Shown here: piece after piece, positions 8,472 through 18,394 of the stretch
Position numbering within the stretch: the first letter of the stretch is position 1
How the letters are laid out: each line of letters opens with the position of its first letter
Virus record (IMG/VR): IMGVR_UViG_3300030329_006606
Coordinates: 24,817-88,816 of that record
DNA from: a virus
Length of the DNA stretch: 64,000 nucleotides
Direction: 5' to 3' (one strand)
Translations under genes and position numbers: made by a program
Notes under the pieces: generated by a model
The model's database searches: none
Told to the model about the DNA's origin: nothing
Seen by the model: the letters and a program-made list of their open reading frames with translations, nothing else

Positions 8472-10007
8472 ATGAGAGACTTTGAAGGCAGAAACTACAT
8501 TAATGGCAAGTGGCAAGCTACTGATGAGATGTATACTAAAATCAACCCTGCCACTGGCAAAGCGCAAGGCGCTTTCCCCTTGAGTGGACCGATAGAAGTA
8601 GAGACAGCTATTGAATCCGCTCGCTCAACTTTTAAAAAATGGAGAAAAGTTAGTAGGTTTGTACGCTCAGACTACATGAACAAAGTTGCTCAGTTAATTG
8701 AGGAAAGGAAAGATTTACTAGCTACAGCGATATCCCTAGAAACAGGTAAAAACTACAACGAAAGCGTGGCTGAAGTCAACGAAGCACTACACATGGCCCA
8801 ATTTGCTTTTGGATCAGGAAGATACCCCCACGGCGAAGCGGTATCATCAGAAATACAAGACAAAGATTCTTACATGCTAAGAAAACCTAAAGGGGTGATA
8901 GCTATCATAACTCCGTTTAATTTTCCCCTCGCAATAGGTATGTTTTGGAATGCTGCTCCAGCGTTAGTAGAAGGAAACACTATAGTAATCAAACCAAGCG
9001 AGGATGCGCCAATGTCAACTCAACTAGCTGTTCAAATCTATGAGGACGCAGGTATCCCAGCCGGTGTTATTAATTTGGTTCACGGAAAAGGTCACACTGG
9101 TGATCTTTTAGCTCGTGGCGAAGTGGATCACATTTGTTTCACTGGTTCCGCTGACGTTGGTCAACACATTCGTAAAGTCGCAGCCGAGTCTTGGCATAAA
9201 ACAACCTCTTGTGAACTGGGGAGCAAATCAGCCTGTATTGTCTTTGATGACGTAGAAATTCCTTTAGCTCTAGAAGCCTCAATCGCTAGTGCGTTTAAAT
9301 TATCAGGACAAAGATGTGTTTCTTCTGGACGAATCCTAGTACAAAGAACTATCTGCGATGATTTTGCTCGGAGGTTCGCCGATAAAGCTAGCAAATTAAA
9401 GACAGGTAACCCTTTTAAAAAGATCGTAAAGTCAACAGGTATGCCAGAAGCTGTTGCGTGGGATGAACTAGTCCCCGACGAAGAGATTTATTACGGACCA
9501 ATCATAAACGAGCAAGGCTACGCAAAAATAAGAGCTTACAATAAAATGGTCAATGATGATAGTCAAGCCGAAGTATTACTTTCCCCCACTTATACCGGAG
9601 AACACGGGGCCTATTACTCAACTCCTATGGTTTATAAAACGGAGTGGCGCGGCCACGATGCACAATACCTACGAAACGAAGTATTTGGCCCTCACGTAGC
9701 CATAATCCCATTTGATACAATGGAAGACGCGATTCGCATTTATAACGATACCGAATATGGTCTCGCAGTCGGAATCCTAACTAATGATTTCAGAAAAGCG
9801 CGCGTTATGAGGGACGAGTGTGAGGCTGGTATGATTTACTGGAACGGTGGATCTATAGCAGCCGAGTCACATCTTGCATTTGGTGGAGTTAAGAAATCAG
9901 GAAACGGATTCCCAAGCGCAGCCAGAACTTTTAGAGCCGTAACTCATGAAATTAGCTGGACAGTTAACCACGCAAATGAGCTAACGTTTCCTCAAGGAAT
10001 GAAATGA
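8472..10007 (+). CDS. NAD(P)-dependent aldehyde dehydrogenase (possibly aminoadipate-semialdehyde dehydrogenase)
   Basis: ITPFNFP, KPSE, FTGS, ELGSK (catalytic Glu), GQRC (catalytic Cys), EVFGP, FGGVKKSG. AAGGA RBS-like site before ATG 8472. Confidence 0.92.
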   Translation: MRDFEGRNYINGKWQATDEMYTKINPATGKAQGAFPLSGPIEVETAIESARSTFKKWRKVSRFVRSDYMNKVAQLIEERKDLLATAISLETGKNYNESVAEVNEALHMAQFAFGSGRYPHGEAVSSEIQDKDSYMLRKPKGVIAIITPFNFPLAIGMFWNAAPALVEGNTIVIKPSEDAPMSTQLAVQIYEDAGIPAGVINLVHGKGHTGDLLARGEVDHICFTGSADVGQHIRKVAAESWHKTTSCELGSKSACIVFDDVEIPLALEASIASAFKLSGQRCVSSGRILVQRTICDDFARRFADKASKLKTGNPFKKIVKSTGMPEAVAWDELVPDEEIYYGPIINEQGYAKIRAYNKMVNDDSQAEVLLSPTYTGEHGAYYSTPMVYKTEWRGHDAQYLRNEVFGPHVAIIPFDTMEDAIRIYNDTEYGLAVGILTNDFRKARVMRDECEAGMIYWNGGSIAAESHLAFGGVKKSGNGFPSAARTFRAVTHEISWTVNHANELTFPQGMK

Positions 10008-11203
10008 TGACAGAGCATATACAACCAGACGAAAGAAAGACTGCTGCTGTTCTTGGAGTAGGCAGAATGGGAACAGTAATTTCATACGCGATGAAAGAGC
10101 TTGGTTTTTTTGTTGTCGGCGTAGACAACAACGAATCTGCTGCCGTAAACTTTCGAAAACGAATGTCAGCAAACGATGGCACATTCTACAGAGTAACTGA
10201 ATCTGGAACCCTAGATGAAAATGCCATTGCAGCAGGAGTACCCCCAAAAGATTTCAGATATGTTCTCTCTCACGAGAAGCCAGATATTGTAATAAGCAGT
10301 TTACCCTACCACCAAACCGAAGAAGTCGCTGCGTGGTGTATAGAAAACTCTTTAAGATATTGCGATCTAGGAGGAAGAGTGGATGTATCAGAAAGAATCA
10401 ATAAACTTGCCAATGAAAAAGCTAAGGCTCCCGTAATGACAGATTTAGGGCTTGCCCCGGGTTGGGTCAATATCTTAGCAGAACATGCTTGTAAGGAGAT
10501 TCACGGCACCCCTGATGAAGTCTTAATGATGGTCGGAGGAATCCCGGGGACACCGAACAATCCCCCGCTTAATTATGCGTGTACTTGGTCAACAGACGGG
10601 CTGCTTAACGAATACGCAGATGACTGTGAAATACTCTCTGATGGAGAAATAAAAAAAGTAAAAGGCATGGACGGCTTAATTGACGTAGAATTCAATAAAC
10701 TAAAGTTTACAAACTCCTCCCGAAAAATAGAAGCATTCTATACGAGCGGCGGTGCGTCACACACCATTAAAGATATGAAAGAAAGGGGTGTAAAAAATTG
10801 CGCTTATAGAACCATGCGTTGGAAAGGTCATGGAGATATTATAAAACTTTTAATTAGACAATGTGATTTGAGCAGAAAATGCTTAGAAAAAATATTTGAA
10901 AAAGGTTGCCCACACACAGAGGGTGACCCAGACCTAGTCCTCATTAAAGTAAAAGTTACATGCGGTAAACTAGTATGGTCTGATGAAATAATTATAGGAT
11001 ATGATTCAGAATTTTCAGCTATGCAAAAGTCCACAGCCTTCTCTATCTCTGCTGTAGCATCTCAAATGGCTGAAGGGATGTATGATGGTAAGCTAGATCA
11101 ACATAGAGATTATTGGACAGAATACCCAAAAGCGTTATCATATAAACATATAAATTACAAAGACTTCAGCGATAGATTAAACAAGCTAGGAATTCAATTA
11201 TAA
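10004..11203 (+). CDS. saccharopine dehydrogenase family, lysine 6-dehydrogenase-like
   Basis: GVGRMG, SSLPY, YCDLGG, GLAPG, VGGIP..P.PPLNY..TWS.DGLLNEY, EAFYTSGG, Y.TMRW.GH, SAMQKST. Confidence 0.85.
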   Translation: MMTEHIQPDERKTAAVLGVGRMGTVISYAMKELGFFVVGVDNNESAAVNFRKRMSANDGTFYRVTESGTLDENAIAAGVPPKDFRYVLSHEKPDIVISSLPYHQTEEVAAWCIENSLRYCDLGGRVDVSERINKLANEKAKAPVMTDLGLAPGWVNILAEHACKEIHGTPDEVLMMVGGIPGTPNNPPLNYACTWSTDGLLNEYADDCEILSDGEIKKVKGMDGLIDVEFNKLKFTNSSRKIEAFYTSGGASHTIKDMKERGVKNCAYRTMRWKGHGDIIKLLIRQCDLSRKCLEKIFEKGCPHTEGDPDLVLIKVKVTCGKLVWSDEIIIGYDSEFSAMQKSTAFSISAVASQMAEGMYDGKLDQHRDYWTEYPKALSYKHINYKDFSDRLNKLGIQL

Positions 11204-11472
11204 TGAACGACATCAAGTTAAACGCCGATATGATTAACTGGTTAGATAAAAATAAATCTGACTATCAAAACATTGCTATCGATAACCAAACCTTCCCCTC
11301 TGATGCGGTCACAAGGATGAACCAAATAAGCAAATCCCCACACTCAATGGCCGAGCGGCGCCTCTTACTTAAGGCGTTCTGCGAACAATTTAATATGCTC
11401 CCTTACAGCGAGGGAGTACCAGTAGCAATCAAGATGATTGACCAGTGGCAACATATTAAAAAATATAAATAA
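11203..11472 (+). CDS. hypothetical protein
   Basis: 89-aa ORF abutting both neighbours. Confidence 0.55.
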   Translation: MNDIKLNADMINWLDKNKSDYQNIAIDNQTFPSDAVTRMNQISKSPHSMAERRLLLKAFCEQFNMLPYSEGVPVAIKMIDQWQHIKKYK

Positions 11473-11473
11473 T

Positions 11474-12427
11474 ATGCCTGAAAATAAAGTACTATCCGCT
11501 TCAAGGATTAAAACCTTAGAAGACTGCGCGTGGAAATACTGGTGCAATTACCACCTAAAAGTCCCACAGAAAGGTAATGACGGCGCAAGCAGAGGAACAG
11601 TTTGCCACAGAATCTTTGAGCTTCTGTTGCTTAAAAAAAATAAAAAATATTTCGACGTAATCATAGACCAAAAATCCACAACCGCAAGTCCGGCTGTGTG
11701 CAGGTTAACAAGAATGCTCCTAAAACAAGAAGGTCAAGACGCAGAGTTTTACAACGAAGAAAACTACCAATTATGTCTAGACATGATATATGTCGGGCTT
11801 AATTTTGATTTCTTCGGAAAAGGCGGAGAACCAGATAAACCGGAAATAAAATTTGTTATAGAAAAAGAAAACCCAGAATACAAGGTAATGGGCTTCATGG
11901 ATAAAGTTCTAAAGTTTGATGATAAAATAAAAATAGTAGACTATAAATCAAGCAAGCGCAAATTCTCCAAAGAAGATTTAAAAGCAAACATGCAAGCCAT
12001 GGTTTATACTTTAGCAAGCAAAGAGCTATGGCCCAAGAACCTCACGACCCTAGTTGAGTTCGTATTTCTAAAGTTCCCAAAGCAACCACTCCAACAGGTG
12101 GAAGTGTCAGACGACCAACTCAAAGGATTTGAGCATTACCTAGCCCATATGTACAAAGTTATCAACAACTTTACCGAGGAAATGGCGAAACAAAACTACG
12201 CAAAAGATAAGTACGCAACCAAGTTCTTTTGTCGGTCAGACAAATCGGGGTGGAAATGCCCCTACCTAGAGAAGTTTGATTATTATATTCTTCTTAGTGA
12301 AGAAGGTAAAATTCTTAAGTCTGCCTTTAAAAAGAAAGACTTGACAGCCTCGGATGGTCAAAAAATAGAGAAAAAAACATACGAAGGATGCCCCGCTCAC
12401 ACCGCTGACGACCCTTTCGACATTTAG
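11474..12427 (+). CDS. PD-(D/E)xK exonuclease, Cas4/RecB-like
   Basis: LSASRI...C.WKY, RGT.CH, GFMD, IVDYKSS, Q..VY, plus C-terminal Cys residues (possible Fe-S staple). Confidence 0.8.
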   Translation: MPENKVLSASRIKTLEDCAWKYWCNYHLKVPQKGNDGASRGTVCHRIFELLLLKKNKKYFDVIIDQKSTTASPAVCRLTRMLLKQEGQDAEFYNEENYQLCLDMIYVGLNFDFFGKGGEPDKPEIKFVIEKENPEYKVMGFMDKVLKFDDKIKIVDYKSSKRKFSKEDLKANMQAMVYTLASKELWPKNLTTLVEFVFLKFPKQPLQQVEVSDDQLKGFEHYLAHMYKVINNFTEEMAKQNYAKDKYATKFFCRSDKSGWKCPYLEKFDYYILLSEEGKILKSAFKKKDLTASDGQKIEKKTYEGCPAHTADDPFDI

Positions 12428-12430
12428 CTC

Positions 12431-12458
12431 TTGACATTTTTGAAAAATGTCGTACCAT
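12431..12458 (+). promoter_or_regulatory. sigma70-like promoter TTGACA-N16-TACCAT, 6 nt before ATG 12465
   Basis: Perfect -35 in an intergenic gap. Confidence 0.7.
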
Positions 12459-12464
12459 TATAGT

Positions 12465-13232
12465 ATGGATAAAGATAATGTGATTCCAATCTTTAAATCT
12501 CACTACAGCCTAGGTAAATCCATCCTCACGCTAGAGCCTCCGACAGAAGATAAAACGTACCCTAGGTCTTGTTTGTCCATATGTAAAGACTACGGGATTT
12601 CCAAATTTATACTGGTAGATGATAACATGAGCGGGTTCCTTCAAGCTTATGAATCCTCAAAAGAACTAGGGGTTCAATTGATTTTTGGTGTGAGAATAAC
12701 TGTATGCGCAGACATGGAAGAGAAGAATCAGGAGTCGTTAAAGACAAACAATAAAGTAGTAATCTTCGCAAAAAACTCAGAAGGATACAAGAAATTAATT
12801 AAAATTTACACTCTTGCCGCAAGAAAGGGATTCTACTATGAACCGAGAATAGACAGTGCTAATCTAAAGAAACTATGGGATAATAATTTAAAATTATGTA
12901 TTCCCTTTTATGATTCTTTTATACATGCTAATTTAATCAAAAACAGTCTTTGTGTACCGGAATTTGATTTTACTGAATTAACTTTCTTTTCAGAAGAAAA
13001 TGAACTACCTTTTAACTCAATAATCCAAAGTGGCATTGAGAAGTTCGTTGGGGCAAAAAAAGATATAATTAAAGTTAAAAGTATATACTACGAAAAGAAG
13101 GAGGACTTTAAAGCCTACCTTACATTTAAATGTATCAACAACAGAACCACACTTGACAAACCAAACTTAGACCACATGACCAGTAACGAGTTCTGTATTG
13201 AAAGCTGGAAGGAAGAAAATGGTACCGTTTAG
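12465..13232 (+). CDS. stand-alone PHP domain of DNA polymerase III alpha (split DnaE N-terminus)
   Basis: KSHYSLGKSI, LVDDNMSG, IFGVRI, FAKNSEGYKKLIKI, GFYYEPRID match the DnaE PHP domain; metal-binding His residues are partly lost. Confidence 0.8.
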   Translation: MDKDNVIPIFKSHYSLGKSILTLEPPTEDKTYPRSCLSICKDYGISKFILVDDNMSGFLQAYESSKELGVQLIFGVRITVCADMEEKNQESLKTNNKVVIFAKNSEGYKKLIKIYTLAARKGFYYEPRIDSANLKKLWDNNLKLCIPFYDSFIHANLIKNSLCVPEFDFTELTFFSEENELPFNSIIQSGIEKFVGAKKDIIKVKSIYYEKKEDFKAYLTFKCINNRTTLDKPNLDHMTSNEFCIESWKEENGTV

Positions 13233-13581
13233 AGTTAAAAAGGTAGAGAAAACTTGGGGCCACGAACTGTGGCTTGCCAATAACGAAACAGAAAATTACT
13301 GCGCCAAAATCCTCTTCATCAAAAAGAATAAGAGCACATCAATGCATTACCACGTCAAAAAGCATGAAACAATGCACGTCTTAAAAGGAACCTTAATGGT
13401 AGAAGGACTAGGAGACAGGCATAACTTCGGGCATAAATTTGCAATGATGGCTAAAGAAGGTGAATCTCTAGAAATAGAAAGGGGCCGAGCCCATAAACTG
13501 GTAGCCCACCACGAAGATTTAACTATCATAGAAGCGAGCACATTCCACAGAGATAAAGACAGCTATAGACTACATAAATAA
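13219..13581 (+). CDS. cupin protein (mannose-6-phosphate isomerase-like)
   Basis: VEKTWGHE, SMHYH.KKHET..VL.G, H.L.A, IEAST.H...DSYR. Confidence 0.75.
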   Translation: MVPFRVKKVEKTWGHELWLANNETENYCAKILFIKKNKSTSMHYHVKKHETMHVLKGTLMVEGLGDRHNFGHKFAMMAKEGESLEIERGRAHKLVAHHEDLTIIEASTFHRDKDSYRLHK

Positions 13582-13582
13582 C

Positions 13583-14221
13583 ATGGACGACCATTTACTT
13601 AGATTCGACAAAGAAAAAGTTTACTGTTTCATAGATTTTGAAACGGAAAACCTGTGCCTTAATAATTCCCACAATCTACCTTGGCAAGTAGCAATGATAA
13701 AAGCGGTTGACGGTAAAAAGATAGACGAAAAAAATTTTTACGTCAAATGGCCCCGACAAGTTAATGTAAGTAAGGAAGCCGCTAGAATAACTAGATTCAA
13801 CTTAAAGAAATACGAAGAAATCGCCGTACCACACGATCAGATTTTCCCCACCGTTGAAGACTGGTTGGACAATTCTGATTATGTTTTAGGGCATAATATT
13901 TTAGGGTTTGATTTATATCTTATAAAAGATTTCTATAAGGAAATGGGTAAGGATTACAAACATTTGGTCGAAAAAATGATTGATACTATGTGTGTAGCTC
14001 GTGGTATAAAATACGACGAACGAATCAAAGACGATGAAAATTTCTTAGCATGGCAATACAAAATGTTACACACCCACAGAAAGGGTGTAAAAACCAACCT
14101 AACAGCCCTAGGTAAAGAATTTGACATACAACACAATTACGAAAAGCTTCACAATGCTATTGTAGATTTAGAATTAAACCTTAAAGTTTGGAATAAATTA
14201 AAATGGATGATTGATGTATAG
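13583..14221 (+). CDS. DEDDh 3'-5' exonuclease (DnaQ/epsilon-like)
   Basis: IDFETE, GHNILGFD, IDT, LHNAIVD. Confidence 0.85.
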   Translation: MDDHLLRFDKEKVYCFIDFETENLCLNNSHNLPWQVAMIKAVDGKKIDEKNFYVKWPRQVNVSKEAARITRFNLKKYEEIAVPHDQIFPTVEDWLDNSDYVLGHNILGFDLYLIKDFYKEMGKDYKHLVEKMIDTMCVARGIKYDERIKDDENFLAWQYKMLHTHRKGVKTNLTALGKEFDIQHNYEKLHNAIVDLELNLKVWNKLKWMIDV

Positions 14222-14229
14222 TGTTAGGT

Positions 14230-15849
14230 ATGAATATTCTTGGTATAACCCACCCCATAAGCTTTAATAGTAGTGCTTGCATAATCAGAAGCGACGAACT
14301 TATTGCTATAGGAGAAGAGGAAAGGTTTAACAGAGTTAAACACGCCCCTAGAATTTTCCCAGAACAATCTGTAAAATTCTGCCTGAAAAAAGCGAATTTA
14401 TCACCCGAAGATATTCATATTGTTGCCGTAGGGTTTGGGGATAAAAATTTCTGCGGAGGACCCGGCAGCAAAGAAATGATCAAGAGAAACTGGGATAAAT
14501 GTTTGTTTGGTTTGGCTAAGTTAGGGATAGACTCTTGTAAAACTCGTTTTTTCTCCCACCACTTATGTCATATGATGTCTACCTTTGCTGCGGGAGGACA
14601 TAAAAACTGGTCAAATATAATGTCTATCGATGGAGCGGGAGATGATTGCTCTGGGTTCATGGCTAATTCCGAGGGGCTTTTTCGTGACCTAAAAAGTTCT
14701 GTTAACTGCTCTGCTAACACCAGATTTCCTAGCTATATAATCCCTTGTGGAGCCTCTTGGGGGCTGCTATGGGAGGATGTCACCGAGCTTCTTGGTTTTA
14801 AAAGACACTCAGGCGAAGGAAAGACAATGGGGCTCGCCTCTTACGGCCAAGAAGATATGAGGTTATTACCACCTCTATTCTCAGAGAACTACCCAAACAC
14901 AGAAAGCTTTAGAAATTTTTTCAAAAGCAATGGGTGGATAAATACCCGCGTAGACCCTTTGTCTGATACAGGCAAAAACCTAGCGCACACCCTGCAACAA
15001 TATTATAATGAAAAACTAATTTATTATGCCAGAAGGCTGTACGAGAACACGAACTGCAAAAAGTTTTCCCTAGCAGGAGGGTGTGCGTTAAATTGTACAG
15101 CTAATGGAGAACTAGCCAAGCAAGATTTTGTTAAAGAATTATATATCCAACCCTTAAGTCACGACGCTGGAACTTCCGTTGGCGCAGCGATCATAGCATA
15201 CTGGGCCGAAAACAACAAGCTTCCTAAGGCAAGAATGCCTCACGCCTACTGGGGCGCAGAATACTCCCACGAAGAAATACTTAGCGAATTAAATAAACAA
15301 AATATTCCCTTTAAAGAACAAGACCCAGCCAAAGCTGCCGCGGAATTGCTCGCGGATAATAAAGTTGTATGCTTTTTTCAAGGTCGAGCCGAAGTCGGAC
15401 CGAGAGCTTTAGGAAACAGGAGTATCCTAGCAAACCCAATCTTTAAAGATAACCTAGATAAAGTTAACAAGATCAAAGGAAGAGAAAGCTGGAGACCTCT
15501 TGCGCCCAGCATTTTAGAAGAAAGTTATTTTGACGTAGTTGATGCAAAATTTTTATCCCCTTTTATGCTTATGGCTGCGCCTGTAAAAGAATATTATATA
15601 GAAAAAATTCCAGCAGTAGTTCATGTAGACAACTCGTGCAGACCCCAATCTGTAAACAAAAACACAAATAAAATTTTTCACAAAACAATTCTTGAATTTA
15701 AAAAAAGAACTGGTATACCTGTAGTATTGAATACAAGTTATAATTTAAGCCACGAACCCATAGTTAATTCACCAAGGGATGCCATCAAGACCTTCTTAAG
15801 TTCTGATGCAGACGCCTTAGTTATTGGTGATTTTGTTGTAGAAAAATGA
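14230..15849 (+). CDS. carbamoyltransferase, NodU/CmcH/TobZ family
   Basis: EEERFNRVKH, HHLCH, DGAGD, EGKTMGLASYG, LAGGCALN, DAGTSVG, E.GPRALGNRSILA, KGRE.WRPLAP, HVDNSCRPQ, LNTS.N. Confidence 0.92.
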   Translation: MNILGITHPISFNSSACIIRSDELIAIGEEERFNRVKHAPRIFPEQSVKFCLKKANLSPEDIHIVAVGFGDKNFCGGPGSKEMIKRNWDKCLFGLAKLGIDSCKTRFFSHHLCHMMSTFAAGGHKNWSNIMSIDGAGDDCSGFMANSEGLFRDLKSSVNCSANTRFPSYIIPCGASWGLLWEDVTELLGFKRHSGEGKTMGLASYGQEDMRLLPPLFSENYPNTESFRNFFKSNGWINTRVDPLSDTGKNLAHTLQQYYNEKLIYYARRLYENTNCKKFSLAGGCALNCTANGELAKQDFVKELYIQPLSHDAGTSVGAAIIAYWAENNKLPKARMPHAYWGAEYSHEEILSELNKQNIPFKEQDPAKAAAELLADNKVVCFFQGRAEVGPRALGNRSILANPIFKDNLDKVNKIKGRESWRPLAPSILEESYFDVVDAKFLSPFMLMAAPVKEYYIEKIPAVVHVDNSCRPQSVNKNTNKIFHKTILEFKKRTGIPVVLNTSYNLSHEPIVNSPRDAIKTFLSSDADALVIGDFVVEK

Positions 15850-18392
15850 ATTTTATGAGCACATTTGAAAAGCTAGAACTCGATCTTCATGGAGTAAGAT
15901 TGCCGTCTTTCTCTATTGAAAATAAATACAAACGCAACCTCAAAGTTAGCGAAGACATCTCCAACGAAGAATTTTTAGACGCGCTTTGCCAAGCGGGACT
16001 TGATAAAGTAACAGCCAACTTAAACGCAAAGAACGCCAAAGCCTACGAAGCTAGACTTAAAAGAGAGCTCGACACCGTAAAGGAACTAGGATTCGTCGAT
16101 TATTTATTGCTAGTTTGGGACGTGATCAACTTTTGCAACGAAAGTAAAATTCCTACCGGCGTTGGTCGCGGAAGCGCCGCTGGCAGTTTGATTTTGTTTT
16201 TGATTGGGGTAACAAAAGTCGACCCTCTTAAATATAATTTATTCTTCGAAAGATTTATCTCTAAGATTAGAGCTAAGAAAAAAGTAGTAGATGATATAAC
16301 TTATCTTGACGGATCATTAATGATGGATGTAGATTTAGACATATGCTACTACAACCGCCAAAAAGTTTTAGAATATTTAGAGAATAAATTCGAAGGAAAG
16401 ACTTCTAAAATCCTTACTCTTAACACTCTAAGCACTAAACTGCTCATAAAAGAATGTGGAAAAGTAATTTCTAATAAAAGCGAACAAGAAATGAACAAAG
16501 TTTCTGCGCTGATACCCAAGGTCTTTGGGCAAATCAAAAGCCTAGAAGAAGCTTACGCAGAGAAAGAAGAGTTTAAAGGGTGGTGCGACCAGAACAAAGA
16601 AATATATGATATAGCCCTAAAACTCAGGGGCTTAAACAAGAATAAAGGAGTTCATCCGTCAGCGGTTTCACTATCCTTCGATAAAATGGAGGACTCCTGC
16701 CCCACAGAATTAACCTCCGATAAGAAGGGGTTCGTTTCCTCTTATGACATGAATTGGGTTTCTATTTTTAATGTTAAATTAGATATTCTTGGGCTTAGAG
16801 CCGTGTCGGTTGTCGATGATGTATGTAAAAACGTTGGCATAGAACTTTCTGATATTGACCTTACGGACCCAGCCATATATCAAAACTTACAAGACTTACG
16901 TACGCCTCATGGCCTGTTCCAAATCGAAGCGGAAACCAATTATAGAGTCTGCCAAAAAGTTAAACCCAAAAACCTAGAAGAACTTTCCGCCGTTCTCGCG
17001 CTTGCTAGACCGGGAGCCTTGCAGTTTGTAGATCAGTACGCCGCTTACGTAAATGAAGATGAGTACGAACCGATCCACCCTTTCTTCGATGATATATTAT
17101 CCTCTACGGGGGGCGTTGCTCTTTACCAAGAGCAGTTAATGCAAATGGCGAATAAGGTTGGGTTCACACTCGACGAAGCCGAAATTCTCCGCAGAATCGT
17201 AGGTAAGAAAAAGATTTCCGAGGTTAAAAAATGGAAAGCTAAAATTAAAAATAAAATTAAAGAGAAAAAACTAGACCCTAATATAGCGGATATTCTTTGG
17301 AGCATTTTAGAGGACTCTGCTAATTATTCTTTTAATAAATCTCACTCCATATCCTATGGCGCACTGTGTGCAATCACCACTCACTTAAAATTTAAGTATC
17401 CCCAACAATTTTTCTTAAGCTTACTTCGAATGACTCGCCACGAGCCAGATCCAATTAGTGAGATATCCAAAATTCAAAAAGAAATGGATTACTTCGGCAC
17501 GAAATTGTTACCGCCACATATTGTGAAATCCAAAATGGACTTCGAGATTGAAGGCGAAGATATAAGATTTGGTTTGCTTTCTATTAAAGGCATTAGCGAT
17601 AAAAGTATAGAAAAACTTAGCGATTTCCGCAGCGAATACTCCAACAAATTCGAAGTATTCGAAGGAGCAAAAGAATGCGGACTAACCATAGGAGCACTCT
17701 CAGCATTAATCCAAGCCGGTACCTTCCAAGGCTTCAAACAATCTCGCAGTAAGATTGTTTATGAAGCTCAACTTTGGAACGTGCTAACACAGAAGGAGAA
17801 AAAAATCGCCATGGAAGTGGCCTCAAAACATGAGTTTGATTTGGTTGAAGTAATTAAAGACTTAGCTTCAAAAAAGGACGAAAAAGGTAAACCGTTTATT
17901 AAAGAGTCGAGAATGCAAACGATCAAAAGAAAATCAGAACCTTATAAGAAAATATATTTTAAGAATAAAGTCTCTGAATCTTTTGCCAACTGGTATTATG
18001 AAAAGAACTTGCTTGGCTACACATACAACAAGGACTTGCGCGACATATTCTCAGACAAAAGAGAAGACTTAATGAGCCTCAGAGATATTGAAGGACTACC
18101 CACGGACTCAAGGGTTGTTTTTATTGGTACGGTTAGCGAAAAGCCATTTTTTGGTTCATCAAAGAACGGGAATAATTATATGAAATTATTCGTCGAGGAC
18201 GAGACCGCAGCCCTGAAGACCATGATATTCAACAAGAAGCTAGAAACATGCAAAAGCATGAACGACGGTTTCCCAAAAGAAAAAAGCATCGTCATCGTCA
18301 AGGGTACAACCAAAGACGAAGTGCTGTTCGCAGACAGCATCTCCGTACAAAGCAATAAAATTTACACCAAGCTATCAGAACTAAAAGAGTAA
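15846..18392 (+). CDS. dnaE: DNA polymerase III alpha subunit core (lacks PHP domain)
   Basis: GF.DY.L.V.D, GVGRGSAAGSL, L.FERF, DVDLD, GVHPSA, KLDILGL, LFQIE, LARPG, YQEQ.M, YSFNKSH, IRFGL.SIKG and a C-terminal OB fold. Confidence 0.93.
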   Translation: MNFMSTFEKLELDLHGVRLPSFSIENKYKRNLKVSEDISNEEFLDALCQAGLDKVTANLNAKNAKAYEARLKRELDTVKELGFVDYLLLVWDVINFCNESKIPTGVGRGSAAGSLILFLIGVTKVDPLKYNLFFERFISKIRAKKKVVDDITYLDGSLMMDVDLDICYYNRQKVLEYLENKFEGKTSKILTLNTLSTKLLIKECGKVISNKSEQEMNKVSALIPKVFGQIKSLEEAYAEKEEFKGWCDQNKEIYDIALKLRGLNKNKGVHPSAVSLSFDKMEDSCPTELTSDKKGFVSSYDMNWVSIFNVKLDILGLRAVSVVDDVCKNVGIELSDIDLTDPAIYQNLQDLRTPHGLFQIEAETNYRVCQKVKPKNLEELSAVLALARPGALQFVDQYAAYVNEDEYEPIHPFFDDILSSTGGVALYQEQLMQMANKVGFTLDEAEILRRIVGKKKISEVKKWKAKIKNKIKEKKLDPNIADILWSILEDSANYSFNKSHSISYGALCAITTHLKFKYPQQFFLSLLRMTRHEPDPISEISKIQKEMDYFGTKLLPPHIVKSKMDFEIEGEDIRFGLLSIKGISDKSIEKLSDFRSEYSNKFEVFEGAKECGLTIGALSALIQAGTFQGFKQSRSKIVYEAQLWNVLTQKEKKIAMEVASKHEFDLVEVIKDLASKKDEKGKPFIKESRMQTIKRKSEPYKKIYFKNKVSESFANWYYEKNLLGYTYNKDLRDIFSDKREDLMSLRDIEGLPTDSRVVFIGTVSEKPFFGSSKNGNNYMKLFVEDETAALKTMIFNKKLETCKSMNDGFPKEKSIVIVKGTTKDEVLFADSISVQSNKIYTKLSELKE

Positions 18393-18394
18393 AA

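Noticed and set aside
11474-12427. Cas4-like gene as part of a CRISPR-Cas system
   Set aside because: No other cas genes or array; stand-alone Cas4/RecB-like nucleases are common in phage replication modules.
2794-18392. Inteins or introns in RecA, DnaB or DnaE
   Set aside because: Lengths and motif spacing are normal; no intein termini or homing-endonuclease motifs seen.
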